64,000 nucleotides of DNA from Caulobacteraceae bacterium (GCA_046349475.1 JAXMCG010000021.1:40-64039), one strand, 5' to 3'; positions 19,941-30,713 are shown, numbered from the stretch's first letter. Notes: generated from the letters alone by a model not told the origin. Numbers and translations are program-made.

Positions 19941-21335
19941 ATGAGTGCTGCCATCACCCCCCTCGCCGCCGGCTTCGAGGCGCCAGACCGCGACGCCTGG
20001 CTGGGCCTTGTCGAGAAGACCCTGAAGGGCGCTTCTCTAGACACCCTGGTCACGAAAACCGCCGATGGCCTCGCCATCCAGCCCCTCTACGCGGCCTCCA
20101 CGGCCCCGGCCCTGCCCTCCTGGCGCGCCGGCACGGCCGAGCGCCCCTGGGACATTCGCTGCGTCACCGTCCACCCCGACCCGGCCCGCGCCAACCGTGA
20201 CATCCTCGAAGACCTCGAAGGCGGCGCCGCCTCCGTTCTCGTCCAGGTGAACAATCCCGCCGATCTGGCCCAGGTGCTCACCGGCGTGATGACCGACCTC
20301 GCCCCCGTGGCCCTCTCCGCTGGCTTCCTCGGCCCGCAGGCCACTGACGCCCTGGCCGCCATCGCCAAGTCGGCCCCGGGCGCGCCCCTCGCCTTCCACA
20401 TGGACCCGGTCACGGCCTTCGCCCGCTCGGGCTCGAGCCCCGGGCCCATCGACAGTCACATCATCGCCGCCGCCACGGCCGCGGCGCGCCACGCCGAGAC
20501 CTATCCGAAGGCTACATTCGCCCTCGCCAGCGGCCAGGTGGCGCACGAGGCCGGCGGATCCGAGGCGCAGGAACTGGCCTTCATGGCCGCCTCCGCGGTC
20601 ACTTACCTGCGCGCTCTCACCCGCGCCGGCGTCTCCCCGCCGCGCGCCCTCGCCGGCATCGTCCTCGGTCTCGCCGTCGACCAGGATTACTTCGTCTCCA
20701 TCGCCAAGCTCCGCGCGGCCCGCCGCATCTGGGGCCGCATCTCCGAGGCTTGCGGCACGGCCACCCCTGCCCGCATCGAAGCCCGCTCGTCACGGCGCAT
20801 GCTCACCGTCGCCGACCCCTGGACCAACCTCGTGCGCCTCACGGCCTCCTCCTTCGCCGGCGCCGTGGGCGGCGCGGACGCCATCGTGCTCGGCGCCTTC
20901 ACCGACGCCATCGGCCTTCCCGCCCTCCTCGCCCGCCGTCAGGCGCGCAACACCCAACTCGTTCTGATGGAGGAGGCTCACCTTGGCCGCGTCGCCGATC
21001 CGGCCGCCGGATCGGGCTTCGTGGAGGACCTCACCGACCAGCTGGCCGCCAAGGCCTGGAGCCTCTTCCAGGACATCGAGCGCGCCGGGGGCCTCGTCGC
21101 GGCGCTGAGAGCCGGGACAGTCCAGTCCGGCATCGCCGCCGCCCGCGCCGCTCTCACGGCCGACATTCAATCCGGCGAACGTAAGATCCTTGGCGTCACG
21201 GACTTCAAACCCACCGAGGAGGCTCCGGTCGACACCGAGGCCTTCACAGCCCAGCCCGAGGTGTCCGCCCGCCTGCCCGGCCCGGACAGTGTGTGTGACG
21301 CCCTGCCCGCGTGGCGTCTGGAGGAGGCGGTTTGA
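19941..21335 (+). CDS. mutA: methylmalonyl-CoA mutase small (beta) subunit
   Basis: 464 aa with a mutase-like barrel lacking the B12-binding domain. Its stop overlaps the start of the large subunit. Confidence 0.85.
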   Translation: MSAAITPLAAGFEAPDRDAWLGLVEKTLKGASLDTLVTKTADGLAIQPLYAASTAPALPSWRAGTAERPWDIRCVTVHPDPARANRDILEDLEGGAASVLVQVNNPADLAQVLTGVMTDLAPVALSAGFLGPQATDALAAIAKSAPGAPLAFHMDPVTAFARSGSSPGPIDSHIIAAATAAARHAETYPKATFALASGQVAHEAGGSEAQELAFMAASAVTYLRALTRAGVSPPRALAGIVLGLAVDQDYFVSIAKLRAARRIWGRISEACGTATPARIEARSSRRMLTVADPWTNLVRLTASSFAGAVGGADAIVLGAFTDAIGLPALLARRQARNTQLVLMEEAHLGRVADPAAGSGFVEDLTDQLAAKAWSLFQDIERAGGLVAALRAGTVQSGIAAARAALTADIQSGERKILGVTDFKPTEEAPVDTEAFTAQPEVSARLPGPDSVCDALPAWRLEEAV

Positions 21336-23491
21336 TGGCTGACATTCCGAATTTCGCCGACGTCGCCCTCGGCGCCCCAGCCTCCGCTCCGGCGCCGAAG
21401 GCCGAACCCTGGCAAACCCCGGAAGGCATCGCCGTCCAGCCCGCCTACAGCGCCGCTGACACGGCCGGCCTCGACTTCCCGGCCACCTATCCCGGTGTCG
21501 CGCCCTATCTGCGCGGCCCCTACCCGACCATGTACCTCACCAACCCATGGACCATCCGCCAGTACGCGGGCTTCTCCACGGCCGAGGACTCCAACGCCTT
21601 CTACCGGCGCAACCTCGCCGCCGGTCAGATGGGCCTCTCCGTCGCCTTCGACCTGGCCACCCACCGCGGCTACGACAGCGACCACCCGCGTGTGAAGGGC
21701 GACGTCGGCATGGCGGGCGTGGCGATCGATTCCATCCTCGACATGCGCACCCTCTTCTCGGAGATCCCGCTGGAGAAGATGAGCGTCTCGATGACCATGA
21801 ACGGCGCCGTCCTGCCGATCCTGGCCCTCTACATTGTCGCCGGCGAAGAACAGGGCGTGCCGCACGCCGCCCTGCAGGGCACGATCCAGAACGACATCCT
21901 CAAGGAGTTCCTGGTCCGCAACACCTATATCTATCCGCCGAAGCCTTCGATGCGGATCGTTTCGGACATCTTTTCATATACTTCGCGCGAAATGCCGAAG
22001 TTCAACTCGATCTCGATCTCCGGCTACCACATGCAGGAGGCGGGGGCCTCCCTCGACCTCGAACTGGCCTACACCCTGGCCGACGGGATCGACTATGTGC
22101 GCGCCGGCATCGCCGCCGGCATGACTGTCGACCAGTTCGCGCCGCGCCTCTCCTTCTTCTGGTGCGCGGGCATGAACTACTTCATGGAGGTCGCCAAACA
22201 GCGCGCCGCCCGCCTCCTCTGGGCCAAGCTGATGCGGGAGAATTTCGACCCGAAGGACGGCCGCTCCCTCTCCCTGCGGGCTCACACTCAGACGTCCGGA
22301 TGGTCGCTGGCCGCCCAGGACGTCTTCAACAACGTCGCCCGCACCACCGTCGAGGCTATGGCCGCCACCAACGGCCAGACCCAGTCCCTGCACACCAATT
22401 CCCTCGACGAGGCCCTGGCCCTGCCGACCGACTTTTCGGCCCGCATCAGCCGCAACACCCAGCTCTATCTGCAGGTGGAAAGCGGTCTCACCCGCGTCAT
22501 CGATCCCTGGGGCGGCTCCCACTACGTCGAGCGTCTCACCCACGACCTCGCCGCCCGCGCCCTGGAACACATCCGCGAGGTGGAAGCCCTCGGCGGCATG
22601 GCCGCCGCCATCGAACAGGGCCTGCCGAAACTGCGCATCGAGGAAGCCGCCGCCAAGACCCAGGCCCGCATCGATTCAGGCCGCCAGAGCGTCATCGGCG
22701 TCAACCGCTACCAGCCCGAAGGCGAGGACGAAATTCCGATCCTGAAGGTCGAGAACGCCGCTGTCCTGAAGTCCCAGATCGAAAAGCTTGAGCGTCTGAA
22801 GGCTGAACGCAGCCAGTCCGACGTCGACACCGCCATCGCCGCACTGGAAGCCGGGGCCCGGGGCAACGGCAACCTCCTGGAGCTCTCCGTCAACGCCGCC
22901 CGCGCCAAGGCCACAGTCGGCGAGATCAGCCTCGCCCTCGAACGCGCCTTCGCCCGCCATGAAGCCAAGCCGGCCGTCGTGAAGGGCGTCTATGGCGGCG
23001 AGCTGGGCTCCGCGCCCGCCGTCGCCCGCGTCAAAGCCATGATCGCCGCCTTCAAGGAGGCTGACGGCCGTACGCCCCAGATCCTCGTCGCCAAGATGGG
23101 CCAGGACGGCCACGACCGCGGCCAGAAGGTCATCGCCACCGGCTTTGACGACCTCGGCTTCGACGTCGATGTCGGCCCCCTCTTCCAGACCCCTGCCGAG
23201 ACCGCCAAGGCCGCCGTCGAGAAGGGCGTCCACGTGGTCGGCGCCTCCTCCCTCGCCGCCGGGCACCTCACCCTGATCCCCGAACTCAAGGCCGAACTGG
23301 AAAAGCTGGGCCGGGGCGACATCATGATCGTGGTCGGCGGCGTCATTCCGCCCGGCGACTTCAAGGCCCTCTATGACGCCGGCGCGGCCCTCATCTTCCC
23401 GCCCGGCACCGTCATCGCGGAGGCCGCCGCCCAGGTGCTAGAGCGCCTTTCCCGCGATCTTGGCTATGCCCAGACCGAGGCGGCGGAGTAG
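21335..23491 (+). CDS. mutB: methylmalonyl-CoA mutase large (alpha) subunit, B12-dependent
   Basis: [31 protein letters not shown], and the C-terminal B12 domain with [13 protein letters not shown] (DxHxxG). Confidence 0.96.
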   Translation: MADIPNFADVALGAPASAPAPKAEPWQTPEGIAVQPAYSAADTAGLDFPATYPGVAPYLRGPYPTMYLTNPWTIRQYAGFSTAEDSNAFYRRNLAAGQMGLSVAFDLATHRGYDSDHPRVKGDVGMAGVAIDSILDMRTLFSEIPLEKMSVSMTMNGAVLPILALYIVAGEEQGVPHAALQGTIQNDILKEFLVRNTYIYPPKPSMRIVSDIFSYTSREMPKFNSISISGYHMQEAGASLDLELAYTLADGIDYVRAGIAAGMTVDQFAPRLSFFWCAGMNYFMEVAKQRAARLLWAKLMRENFDPKDGRSLSLRAHTQTSGWSLAAQDVFNNVARTTVEAMAATNGQTQSLHTNSLDEALALPTDFSARISRNTQLYLQVESGLTRVIDPWGGSHYVERLTHDLAARALEHIREVEALGGMAAAIEQGLPKLRIEEAAAKTQARIDSGRQSVIGVNRYQPEGEDEIPILKVENAAVLKSQIEKLERLKAERSQSDVDTAIAALEAGARGNGNLLELSVNAARAKATVGEISLALERAFARHEAKPAVVKGVYGGELGSAPAVARVKAMIAAFKEADGRTPQILVAKMGQDGHDRGQKVIATGFDDLGFDVDVGPLFQTPAETAKAAVEKGVHVVGASSLAAGHLTLIPELKAELEKLGRGDIMIVVGGVIPPGDFKALYDAGAALIFPPGTVIAEAAAQVLERLSRDLGYAQTEAAE

Positions 23492-23500
23492 CTTCGCCGG

Positions 23501-24106
23501 ATGATTTACTCCTACATCCTGATGAACCTCGCCCGGGGCGCCGCGCCCCGCCAGGCTTTCGCCAAGCGCCTTGCCGCCCGGCGCGAGCTCTTCACAGACC
23601 TGGGCGGCGAGATTCTCGGCTTCTTCACCGCCCAGCTCGGCTGGGAATCCGCCGAGGCCGCCCTCCTCATCCGCTGGAAGAACCAGCCGGATGTCGCCGC
23701 CACCGAAGCCTTGTTGTCCTGTCCCGAAGTGCTGGGCCACGTCCGCCAGCGCCTCGTCGCCACCCTGCGTCCCGAGCCCGAGGCGACGATCCCCGAGGGC
23801 GGCATCTTCGTGCACCGCTGGTTCGAGATCGACGGCGGCGATGTCGATGAATTCCTGAAGCTCTCCGGCGAAGGCTGGCAGGACTTCGAGCCGCGCTTCG
23901 ACGCCAGGGTGTTCGGCCTCTTCCGGGAGGAAGCCGCCCTGCCAGACGGCCGCCGCCGCCTGCTCCTCATCACCCGCTACGGCGACCACGGCGTCTGGGA
24001 GGAGAGCCGCGATCCTTCCACCGCCGCCATGCAGACCTTCGGCCGCCGCCAGGCCCTGACCAAGCGCACGGTCGCCGCCAGCACGCTTCTCGTTCCCCTC
24101 GGCTAG
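23501..24106 (+). CDS. hypothetical protein (possibly NIPSNAP-like duplicated alpha/beta barrel)
   Basis: 201 aa with high GC3 and two roughly 100-aa halves. The family assignment is only a guess. Confidence 0.5.
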   Translation: MIYSYILMNLARGAAPRQAFAKRLAARRELFTDLGGEILGFFTAQLGWESAEAALLIRWKNQPDVAATEALLSCPEVLGHVRQRLVATLRPEPEATIPEGGIFVHRWFEIDGGDVDEFLKLSGEGWQDFEPRFDARVFGLFREEAALPDGRRRLLLITRYGDHGVWEESRDPSTAAMQTFGRRQALTKRTVAASTLLVPLG

Positions 24107-24108
24107 AC

Positions 24109-24756
24109 ATGGCCGACATTCTCCAGCCCCGCCCGTCCGCCGCCATGTTCCCGCCGGGGGCCTTCGACCGGCTGGACCAGGCCGACGACGCCGAGTTCTA
24201 CGCCGAGGCCCGCCTCGTCACCCACATCGACGACATCGCCATCAGCGCCCTCACCGGCTTCTATTCCCTGTGCCTGCCGCCCGGCGGTAAAATCCTCGAC
24301 CTGATGAGCTCCTGGGTCAGCCATCTGCCGGAGGGTGTCGAGTACGCCGAAGTCACCGGCCTTGGCATGAACGCCGAGGAGCTCGCGGCCAATCCGCGCC
24401 TCACCCGCCGCGTCGTCCAGAATCTCAACGCTGACCCGGTCCTCCCCCTCGAGGACGGCCTCTTCGACGCCTGCGTGATCTGCGTCTCCGTCCAGTACCT
24501 GCAGCGCCCGGTCGAGGTCCTGCGCGAGGTTCTGCGCACCCTGAAGCCCGGCGCCCCGCTGATCGTCTCCTTCTCGAACCGCTGCTTTCCCACCAAGGCT
24601 ATCCAGCTCTGGCGGATGCTGCCCCTGAAGGATCACCCCAACCTCGTCGGCTTCTATTTCACCGAGGCCGGCTTCTCCGAAATCGAGGCCGTGCGGCTCG
24701 TCGACGGCATCGCCAGCGACCCCCTCACCGTCGTCGCCGGAATCAAGCCCGTATGA
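24109..24756 (+). CDS. class I SAM-dependent methyltransferase
   Basis: ILDLMSSWVSHLP and DACVICVSVQYLQRPVEVLREVLRTLKPGAPLIVSFSN (type-11 methyltransferase-like). Confidence 0.8.
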   Translation: MADILQPRPSAAMFPPGAFDRLDQADDAEFYAEARLVTHIDDIAISALTGFYSLCLPPGGKILDLMSSWVSHLPEGVEYAEVTGLGMNAEELAANPRLTRRVVQNLNADPVLPLEDGLFDACVICVSVQYLQRPVEVLREVLRTLKPGAPLIVSFSNRCFPTKAIQLWRMLPLKDHPNLVGFYFTEAGFSEIEAVRLVDGIASDPLTVVAGIKPV

Positions 24757-26033
24757 CCAAGCCCAACATCATCCTGATCTTCGCCGACGACCTCGGCTAC
24801 GGCGACCTCGGCTGCGAGGGCGGCAGGATCATCCGCACCCCCAATCTCGACCGCATGGCCGCCGAGGGGGTCCGCCTCACCGACTTCTACGCCAGCGCCA
24901 ATATCTGCACGCCCTCCCGCGCCGGCCTGATGACCGGCCGCTACGCCATCCGCCATGGCCTGGCCCACGAAGTCATCCAACCCAACGACGACAACGGCCT
25001 GCCCCTCGACGAACTGACCATCCCTCAGGTCCTCAAGTCGCAAGGCTACGCCACCGCCCTGATCGGCAAATGGCACCTCGGGCACGTCGCGCCCTTCTTC
25101 CCGCCCACGGCCTACGGCTTCGACGAATTCCACGGCCTGCCCTACAGCCACGACATGCGCCCGCTCGCCATGTACGAGGGCCGCGGCCCGGATGTGGTCC
25201 TTACCGAGGACAAGGTCGATTTCCCCAAGCTCACCGAGCGCTTCTTCGCCGAGACCCTGAAGTTCGCCGGCGCCCACAAGGACGGCCCCTTCGCCATCAT
25301 CCTGGCGCTGACCGCCCCCCACACCCCGCTGCGCCCCAATCCGGACGGCGACGGCAATTCCCCGGGCGGCGCCTATGGTGAGGTGGTCGAGGAGATCGAC
25401 CGCAATGTCGGCGCCCTCCTGAAGTCCCTCAAGGACATGGGCCTTGAGGAAAGCACCCTGGTCGCCTTCACCTCCGACAACGGTCCCTGGTTCGAGGGCT
25501 CGAGCGGCCCATACCGCGACCGCAAGGGCGGCGGCGCCTGGGAAGGCGGTTTCCGCGTCCCTTGCATCCTGCGTCAGCCGGGCGCCATCCCCGCTGGCAA
25601 GGCCATCGGCGGCCTCACCTCGAACCTCGACTTCATGCCCACCTTCGCGGCCATGGCCGGCGCGTCCGGCGCGATCCCCACGGACCTCGAACTCGACGGC
25701 TTCGATCTCTCCGGCATGATCCTGAAGGGCGAGGCCTGCCCGCGCGAAGAGCTGGTCCTCTTCAACAACACCAATGTCGCCGCCGTGCGCTCCGGCCGCT
25801 GGAAATATGTCGGCCAGTCCTACTACCGCACCCTCGACATCGATCTGGCGGCCTTCCGCTACCCCCTGCTCTTCGACCTGGAGACCGATCCCGGCGAGAC
25901 CTATTCCCTGGCCCGCATGCATCCGGACGTCATGACGAAAATGGCGGCCCGCTATGAGGCCGCCAAGTCGAAGTACGCGATCTTCAAACCGCTGAACCGG
26001 ATTCCGGAGCGTCCCGGCCAATACCGGGACTAG
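24753..26033 (+). CDS. sulfatase (arylsulfatase family, Cys-type)
   Basis: NIILIFADDLGYGDLG and the formylglycine signature CTPSRAGLMTGRY. No signal peptide. ATGA overlap with the methyltransferase gene. Confidence 0.9.
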   Translation: MTKPNIILIFADDLGYGDLGCEGGRIIRTPNLDRMAAEGVRLTDFYASANICTPSRAGLMTGRYAIRHGLAHEVIQPNDDNGLPLDELTIPQVLKSQGYATALIGKWHLGHVAPFFPPTAYGFDEFHGLPYSHDMRPLAMYEGRGPDVVLTEDKVDFPKLTERFFAETLKFAGAHKDGPFAIILALTAPHTPLRPNPDGDGNSPGGAYGEVVEEIDRNVGALLKSLKDMGLEESTLVAFTSDNGPWFEGSSGPYRDRKGGGAWEGGFRVPCILRQPGAIPAGKAIGGLTSNLDFMPTFAAMAGASGAIPTDLELDGFDLSGMILKGEACPREELVLFNNTNVAAVRSGRWKYVGQSYYRTLDIDLAAFRYPLLFDLETDPGETYSLARMHPDVMTKMAARYEAAKSKYAIFKPLNRIPERPGQYRD

Positions 26034-26146
26034 AGCCTGATACGTTTTGATTGGATCAATCAAAACGTTGAATCAGGCTCGCCCACTTAGAGTCCTAGAG
26101 CTCGATTCAACGTTTTGGCGGGTCCGCCAAAACGCATCGAGCTCTA
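26031..26146. repeat. 116-nt composite double-hairpin intergenic repeat (copy 2)
   Basis: TAGAGC...GCTCTA. Hairpin B has GAGCCTGAT/ATCAGGCTC arms and inner stem ACGTTTTGATTG/CAATCAAAACGT. Linker CTTAGAGTCC. Hairpin C has TAGAGCTCGAT/ATCGAGCTCTA arms and inner stem CGTTTTGGCGG/CCGCCAAAACG. Confidence 0.85.
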
Positions 26147-26154
26147 GCCGCTCC

Positions 26155-28602
26155 CTACTGCCAGTTCACCGTGAAGGAGACCCCGAAGGTCCGTGGGCGG
26201 CCGGGGAAGCGGACCACCACGTTCGCGTTGGAGGAGACGCTCGTCCAGTAATAGACGTCCGTCAGATTCTGCGCCCAGAAGCTCAGGCGCCACTTGTCGT
26301 CATTGTCGTGAACCCCGATCGAGGCGTTCACCAGGGTATAGCCGTCGATGGCGAAGCGCGGATCATCGCCGAGGTCCGAGGCCGAGTCGTTCTGGTAGCG
26401 CGCCGTCAGCGCCGCCTGCACCCCGATCCGGTCGTTGATTTCCCGGTTGTAGAGGCCGGTGACCGAGCCCTGGAACGTCGGGCTGTAGGGGAAGTGGCGC
26501 TTGTCGAACAGCTGCGGCTGCCCGGCGGCGTTGATGCCGTTGTAGTTATTGATCCGCGTCTCCACCCAGGTCGCCGAACCGATCAGGGTGAAGTTCTCAT
26601 TCGGCCGCCAGGTGAAGTCGCCGTCGACGCCCCAGGCTTCCGAGTCCGGTACGTTCGCCAGCCGCGCCAGGGCCGTATAGATCGGGTCGGCGAAATAGAC
26701 GCTCAGCTGCTTGTCCCGGTAGTCGTAGTAGAAGCCGGAGAGGTTGAGCTGCACCCGCCGCTCGAACAGCCCCGCCTTCATGCCCACCTCATAGGCCAGC
26801 AGCGTCTCCTGCCGCGCCGGTTCCTGCTGGGTGGAGATGTTGGCGGCGTTGATCGGCGTATTGCCCGCCTTCGCCCCCTGGCTCACCGAGGCATAGAGCA
26901 GCACCGTATCCGTCGCCTGCCAGTCCAGCGCGATCCGCCAGGCGACGTTGTTCTCCGAGAGGCTGTGGGCCAGCTGGGTGAAGGTGTTGGTCGGCGGATT
27001 GTAGGTCAGGCAGGCATTCGCCGTGATCGGCGCCGGCGTCACCCCATAGATCGTCGTCACCAGGTAGCGGTTCACGACATTCACGTTCGGCAGCATGTTG
27101 CCGTTGAAGTCCGCCGAACAGCCCACATAGGTCTGGTCGTCCTGGGTGTAGCGGATGCCCAGATTGAGCTTGAGGGCCTCGGTCAAGTCATAGGAGCCGT
27201 TGGCGAACACGCTCCAGGTCTCGCTCTTCATCTCCCCGAGGTCGCGATAGGTGCGGAAGGCCTGGGCCATCTGCGTCGCCGTATAGCCGCCGCTGTTGAA
27301 GAAGGTGCCCAGGAGCAGATTGCCGTTGTAGCGGATCGCCCCGACATTGGCGTTCTGGCCCAACATGGTGCGGTTGTTGTCGGTGATGTCATCCCGTGCC
27401 GCATAGCCCCCAATCAGCCAATTGCCGCGATCGAACTCACCTTCCAACCGCAACTCCTCTGAGATCGAACTGATCTTGCCCGAGGCCTGCTGAATGAGAA
27501 TCTCGTAGGGGCTGCCCGACCAGTCGAAGAGGGCGCTGCGCTCCAGGTGGTTGTAGCCGCTCAGCGAGACCAAACGCATATTGTCGGAGACCCGCCACGT
27601 CAGGCGCAGGGCGACGGCGCCGAACGAATTGTCCTCCTCAAGCGGCCCGGGCAGGCCAGTCCCGGAACCGATATCCTGGCCTCGCTGGCTTTGCGGCGCC
27701 CAGTCGGCCTGGGTGGCGTCGGTGGGGACATGAGTGGAAATATAGGTCGCCAGGCCCGGCGTATTGAACACCCCGAAGCTGCCAGAGCCCGGCGTCGTGT
27801 TGGGCGTGAAGCCAATGCCCTGGGCGACGACCGTGTCGGAGTTGTTCAGCCAGCCCGAGAGCGACAGGTCGACATCGATGTCCTCCGTCGGTTGCCAGGC
27901 GAAGGAGAGCCGCATGCCCAGCTTGTGCACCTCGCCCTGCCGCTCGTTGGGGCGCGTGTTGGAAACCTGCCAGCCCTGGTTCGAATTGTCGTACCGCAGG
28001 GCCAGCCGCGCCTGCAGATTGTCCGTCAGCGGCCCGGAGATGAAGCCCTCGATATTGTAGGTGGCGTAGTTGCCGACCTCGGCCGTCGCCGAGCCCTGCA
28101 GGCTGTCCGTCGGCTTGGCGGTGATGAAATCGATGAGGCCGGCCGTCGTGTTGCGCCCATAGAGGGTGCCCTGCGGCCCCTTCAGCACTTCCACCCGCTC
28201 GATGTCGAACACCGGCCCGGTCATCATGAACGGATAGGGGTAGGCCACCTCGTCCACGTAGGAGCCCACCGTCGAGGTGGCGGACAGGTTGATCGTGTTG
28301 AAGCCGATCCCTCGCAGCGTATAGATCGGCACGCCCTGATAGCTCTGCGAGACCGAGAAGCTCGGCGCCACCGCCGACAGGTCCTGCACATTGGTGACCC
28401 GCAGCTCATCCAGCCGCTCGCCGCTGAAGGCCTGGATCGGCATGCCGATCGAATTGGCGCTCTCCTCGCGCCGCTGAGCCGTCACGGTCAGGCTGTCGAC
28501 GTCTGTGGTCGCCGTTGGCGTGTCAGCCAGGGCCTGAACCGGCGCCAGAACCATCAGCATGGGCGCGGCGGCCGCGGCCGCCAGCAGGGACTTGATGTCC
28601 AT
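26155..28602 (-). CDS. TonB-dependent receptor
   Basis: Signal peptide MDIKSLLAAAAAAPMLMVLAPVQALA, a plug (VTAQRREE..., RVEVLKGPQGTLYGRNTTAG) and a long beta-barrel. The ATG at 28602 follows GGGGAG. Confidence 0.92.
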   Translation of the reverse strand: MDIKSLLAAAAAAPMLMVLAPVQALADTPTATTDVDSLTVTAQRREESANSIGMPIQAFSGERLDELRVTNVQDLSAVAPSFSVSQSYQGVPIYTLRGIGFNTINLSATSTVGSYVDEVAYPYPFMMTGPVFDIERVEVLKGPQGTLYGRNTTAGLIDFITAKPTDSLQGSATAEVGNYATYNIEGFISGPLTDNLQARLALRYDNSNQGWQVSNTRPNERQGEVHKLGMRLSFAWQPTEDIDVDLSLSGWLNNSDTVVAQGIGFTPNTTPGSGSFGVFNTPGLATYISTHVPTDATQADWAPQSQRGQDIGSGTGLPGPLEEDNSFGAVALRLTWRVSDNMRLVSLSGYNHLERSALFDWSGSPYEILIQQASGKISSISEELRLEGEFDRGNWLIGGYAARDDITDNNRTMLGQNANVGAIRYNGNLLLGTFFNSGGYTATQMAQAFRTYRDLGEMKSETWSVFANGSYDLTEALKLNLGIRYTQDDQTYVGCSADFNGNMLPNVNVVNRYLVTTIYGVTPAPITANACLTYNPPTNTFTQLAHSLSENNVAWRIALDWQATDTVLLYASVSQGAKAGNTPINAANISTQQEPARQETLLAYEVGMKAGLFERRVQLNLSGFYYDYRDKQLSVYFADPIYTALARLANVPDSEAWGVDGDFTWRPNENFTLIGSATWVETRINNYNGINAAGQPQLFDKRHFPYSPTFQGSVTGLYNREINDRIGVQAALTARYQNDSASDLGDDPRFAIDGYTLVNASIGVHDNDDKWRLSFWAQNLTDVYYWTSVSSNANVVVRFPGRPRTFGVSFTVNWQ

Positions 28603-28783
28603 CGTTTCGAACTCCCCCGCCCTCCCTTTCGCCACGTCTCTTCGCGGACGCACGGCCACACATGGAGGGGCGGCGCCTCCAGCTGGCTCGCCGGAGATTG
28701 ACAGGGGCGGCCTGGGCGCCAAGCTGACACAAGTGGCAGGTCACGCTGCGTCGCGCCAATGACGCCGGACCTCGGGAGGCCCC

Positions 28784-29521
28784 ATGAGCGCTTCGGCGAC
28801 ACCTGATCTGTGGGCCCAGGCCGACGCCCTGGCCGAGGCTGTCCGCGCCGCCGGCGAGCGGATCGGCCTGCCGTACATCGCCGCCCACTCCGACTTCGGT
28901 GACCCGGAACCCATGCGCGGCCAGTCCGGCGCGCCCTACGGCAAGACTCATTTCAAGTGGATCGATGCGGGATACGAATACTGGCTGAACCGGCGCCTCG
29001 CCCTGGAATCCCCGTTCCTGAAGGCCGCGCGCCTGATTTCCGAGCCGTTCTTCTACGCCCATGGCCGCCTCACCACCTGGCGGCCGACCCGCTGGCTGGA
29101 GGCCATCGACCTTTCCCACCTGCGCGACGCCGGCGGCGACTACGGGGCGATCATCGCCCCGGTCCACCTGCCCAAGGGCGTGATCGGCGCCATCGTCTGG
29201 GCCGGGCGTGGCCCGGATGTGGCCGAGGTCTTCCAGCGTGAGGCTGAAAGCCTCGCTGCCGCCGCCGCCCGCTTCCTCTCCGCCCACCAGGAGGCCAAAG
29301 GCTCGTTCCGCACCGAGGCCGGCGACCTCACGCGCCGCGAAGTGCAGTGCCTGAAATGGGCCGCCGCCGGGAAAACCGATCTGGAGATTGGCCTCATCCT
29401 CACCCTCTCGATCTCCACGGTCCGCTTCCACCTGCGCAACGCCGCCGCCAAGCTCGGCGCCACGGGCCGCGCCCAGGTGGTGCAGCTGGCCGTCGGTCTT
29501 GGCTATATCGGAGCGCGATAG
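28784..29521 (+). CDS. LuxR-family regulator with autoinducer-binding-like N-domain (no luxI in window)
   Basis: C-terminal LTRREVQCLKWAAAGKTDLEIGLILTLSISTVRFHLRNA. The N-domain is the size and layout of a LuxR-type ligand domain, but its key residues look divergent. Confidence 0.75.
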   Translation: MSASATPDLWAQADALAEAVRAAGERIGLPYIAAHSDFGDPEPMRGQSGAPYGKTHFKWIDAGYEYWLNRRLALESPFLKAARLISEPFFYAHGRLTTWRPTRWLEAIDLSHLRDAGGDYGAIIAPVHLPKGVIGAIVWAGRGPDVAEVFQREAESLAAAAARFLSAHQEAKGSFRTEAGDLTRREVQCLKWAAAGKTDLEIGLILTLSISTVRFHLRNAAAKLGATGRAQVVQLAVGLGYIGAR

Positions 29522-29579
29522 CGCCATTGACTGACGCAACGGCCCCGCGCGCCAATCCCAGTCAGATCAGGAGCGCCCC

Positions 29580-30713
29580 ATGAGCCTCGAAGCTGTCCTC
29601 GCCGAAACCGCCGCGGCCAATCCCATCCCAGGCTATGTCGCCGCTGTGGTCCAAGACGGCGAGGTAGTGGCCGAAGCTGCCTCTGGCGAAGGCATGGGCC
29701 AATCCACCGTCTTCCGCATCTTCTCCATGACCAAGGCCATCACCACCGCGGCGGCCATGCAGCTTGTGGAGCGCGGCAAGGCCGACCTCGACGCCCCGGC
29801 CTCGGCCTACGCCCCCGAACTAGCCGCCGTGAAGGTGCTGGCCGGCTTCGATGACAGCGGCGATCCGATCCTGCGCGAACCGGCCCGGCCGGTGACCTTG
29901 CGCGACCTTCTCCTGCACCGCTCCGGCTTCGCCTACACCATGTGGAACGCTGACCTCACCCGCTACATGGCCTGGCTCACCGCCCGGGGCGAAGCCGCCA
30001 ACATCAATCCCTATCTCGACATGCCCCTCGTCTTCGATCCGGGTGAGATGTGGGAATACGGCATCGGCATCGACTGGGCGGGCCGCCTCGTGGAACGGAT
30101 TTCCGGCCAGGGCCTCGACGCCGTCTTCGCCGAGAACATCACCGGCCCCCTCGGCATGGCCGACACCGGGTTCGACGCAACCCCCTCGATGGCCGAGCGC
30201 CTCGCCGACATGTACCTGCGCACCCCGGACGGCGCCCTGATGGCCATGCCTCGCAACGCGCCCTCATCCGGCGGCTTCTTCAGCGGCGGCGGCGGCCTTC
30301 TCAGCACCTCGGCGGATTACCTGACTTTCCTCACTGCCATGGCCGGCGATGGCTCGGCCCGCTCAGGCCGCATCCTGAAGCCGGAAACAGTCGCTCAGAT
30401 GGCCCATTGCGATGGCGGCGCGCCGAAGGTCCGGGCCCTCGCATCCCATGCCCCCATGCTCACCAACGACCTCGACATCTGGGGTGAGCATGAGGCCCGC
30501 TGGAGCCTAGGCTTCCTGGTCAATCCCATGGCCGGTCCGCATGGCCGCCCTGCCGGCTCCCTCGCCTGGGCGGGCCTTGCCAACACCTACTACTGGATCG
30601 ACCGCGATCGCCGTCTCGCCGGGGTTTTCATGACCCAGTTGATGCCCTTCGCCGACAAGAGCGCCCTCGCCGTCTTCAACGCCCTGGAGCGTGAGGCCTA
30701 CAAACTCAGCTGA
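29580..30713 (+). CDS. serine hydrolase (beta-lactamase/EstB-like family)
   Basis: S-x-x-K motif FRIFSMTKAIT, at 377 aa. Confidence 0.85.
   Translation: MSLEAVLAETAAANPIPGYVAAVVQDGEVVAEAASGEGMGQSTVFRIFSMTKAITTAAAMQLVERGKADLDAPASAYAPELAAVKVLAGFDDSGDPILREPARPVTLRDLLLHRSGFAYTMWNADLTRYMAWLTARGEAANINPYLDMPLVFDPGEMWEYGIGIDWAGRLVERISGQGLDAVFAENITGPLGMADTGFDATPSMAERLADMYLRTPDGALMAMPRNAPSSGGFFSGGGGLLSTSADYLTFLTAMAGDGSARSGRILKPETVAQMAHCDGGAPKVRALASHAPMLTNDLDIWGEHEARWSLGFLVNPMAGPHGRPAGSLAWAGLANTYYWIDRDRRLAGVFMTQLMPFADKSALAVFNALEREAYKLS

Noticed and set aside
28603-28783. Possible cobalamin riboswitch upstream of the TonB-dependent receptor, because the minus strand contains GACCTGCC, reminiscent of the B12 box.
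   Set aside because: I could find none of the other conserved riboswitch segments. The roughly 150 nt that would have to lie 5' of the box would fall inside the divergent LuxR coding region.
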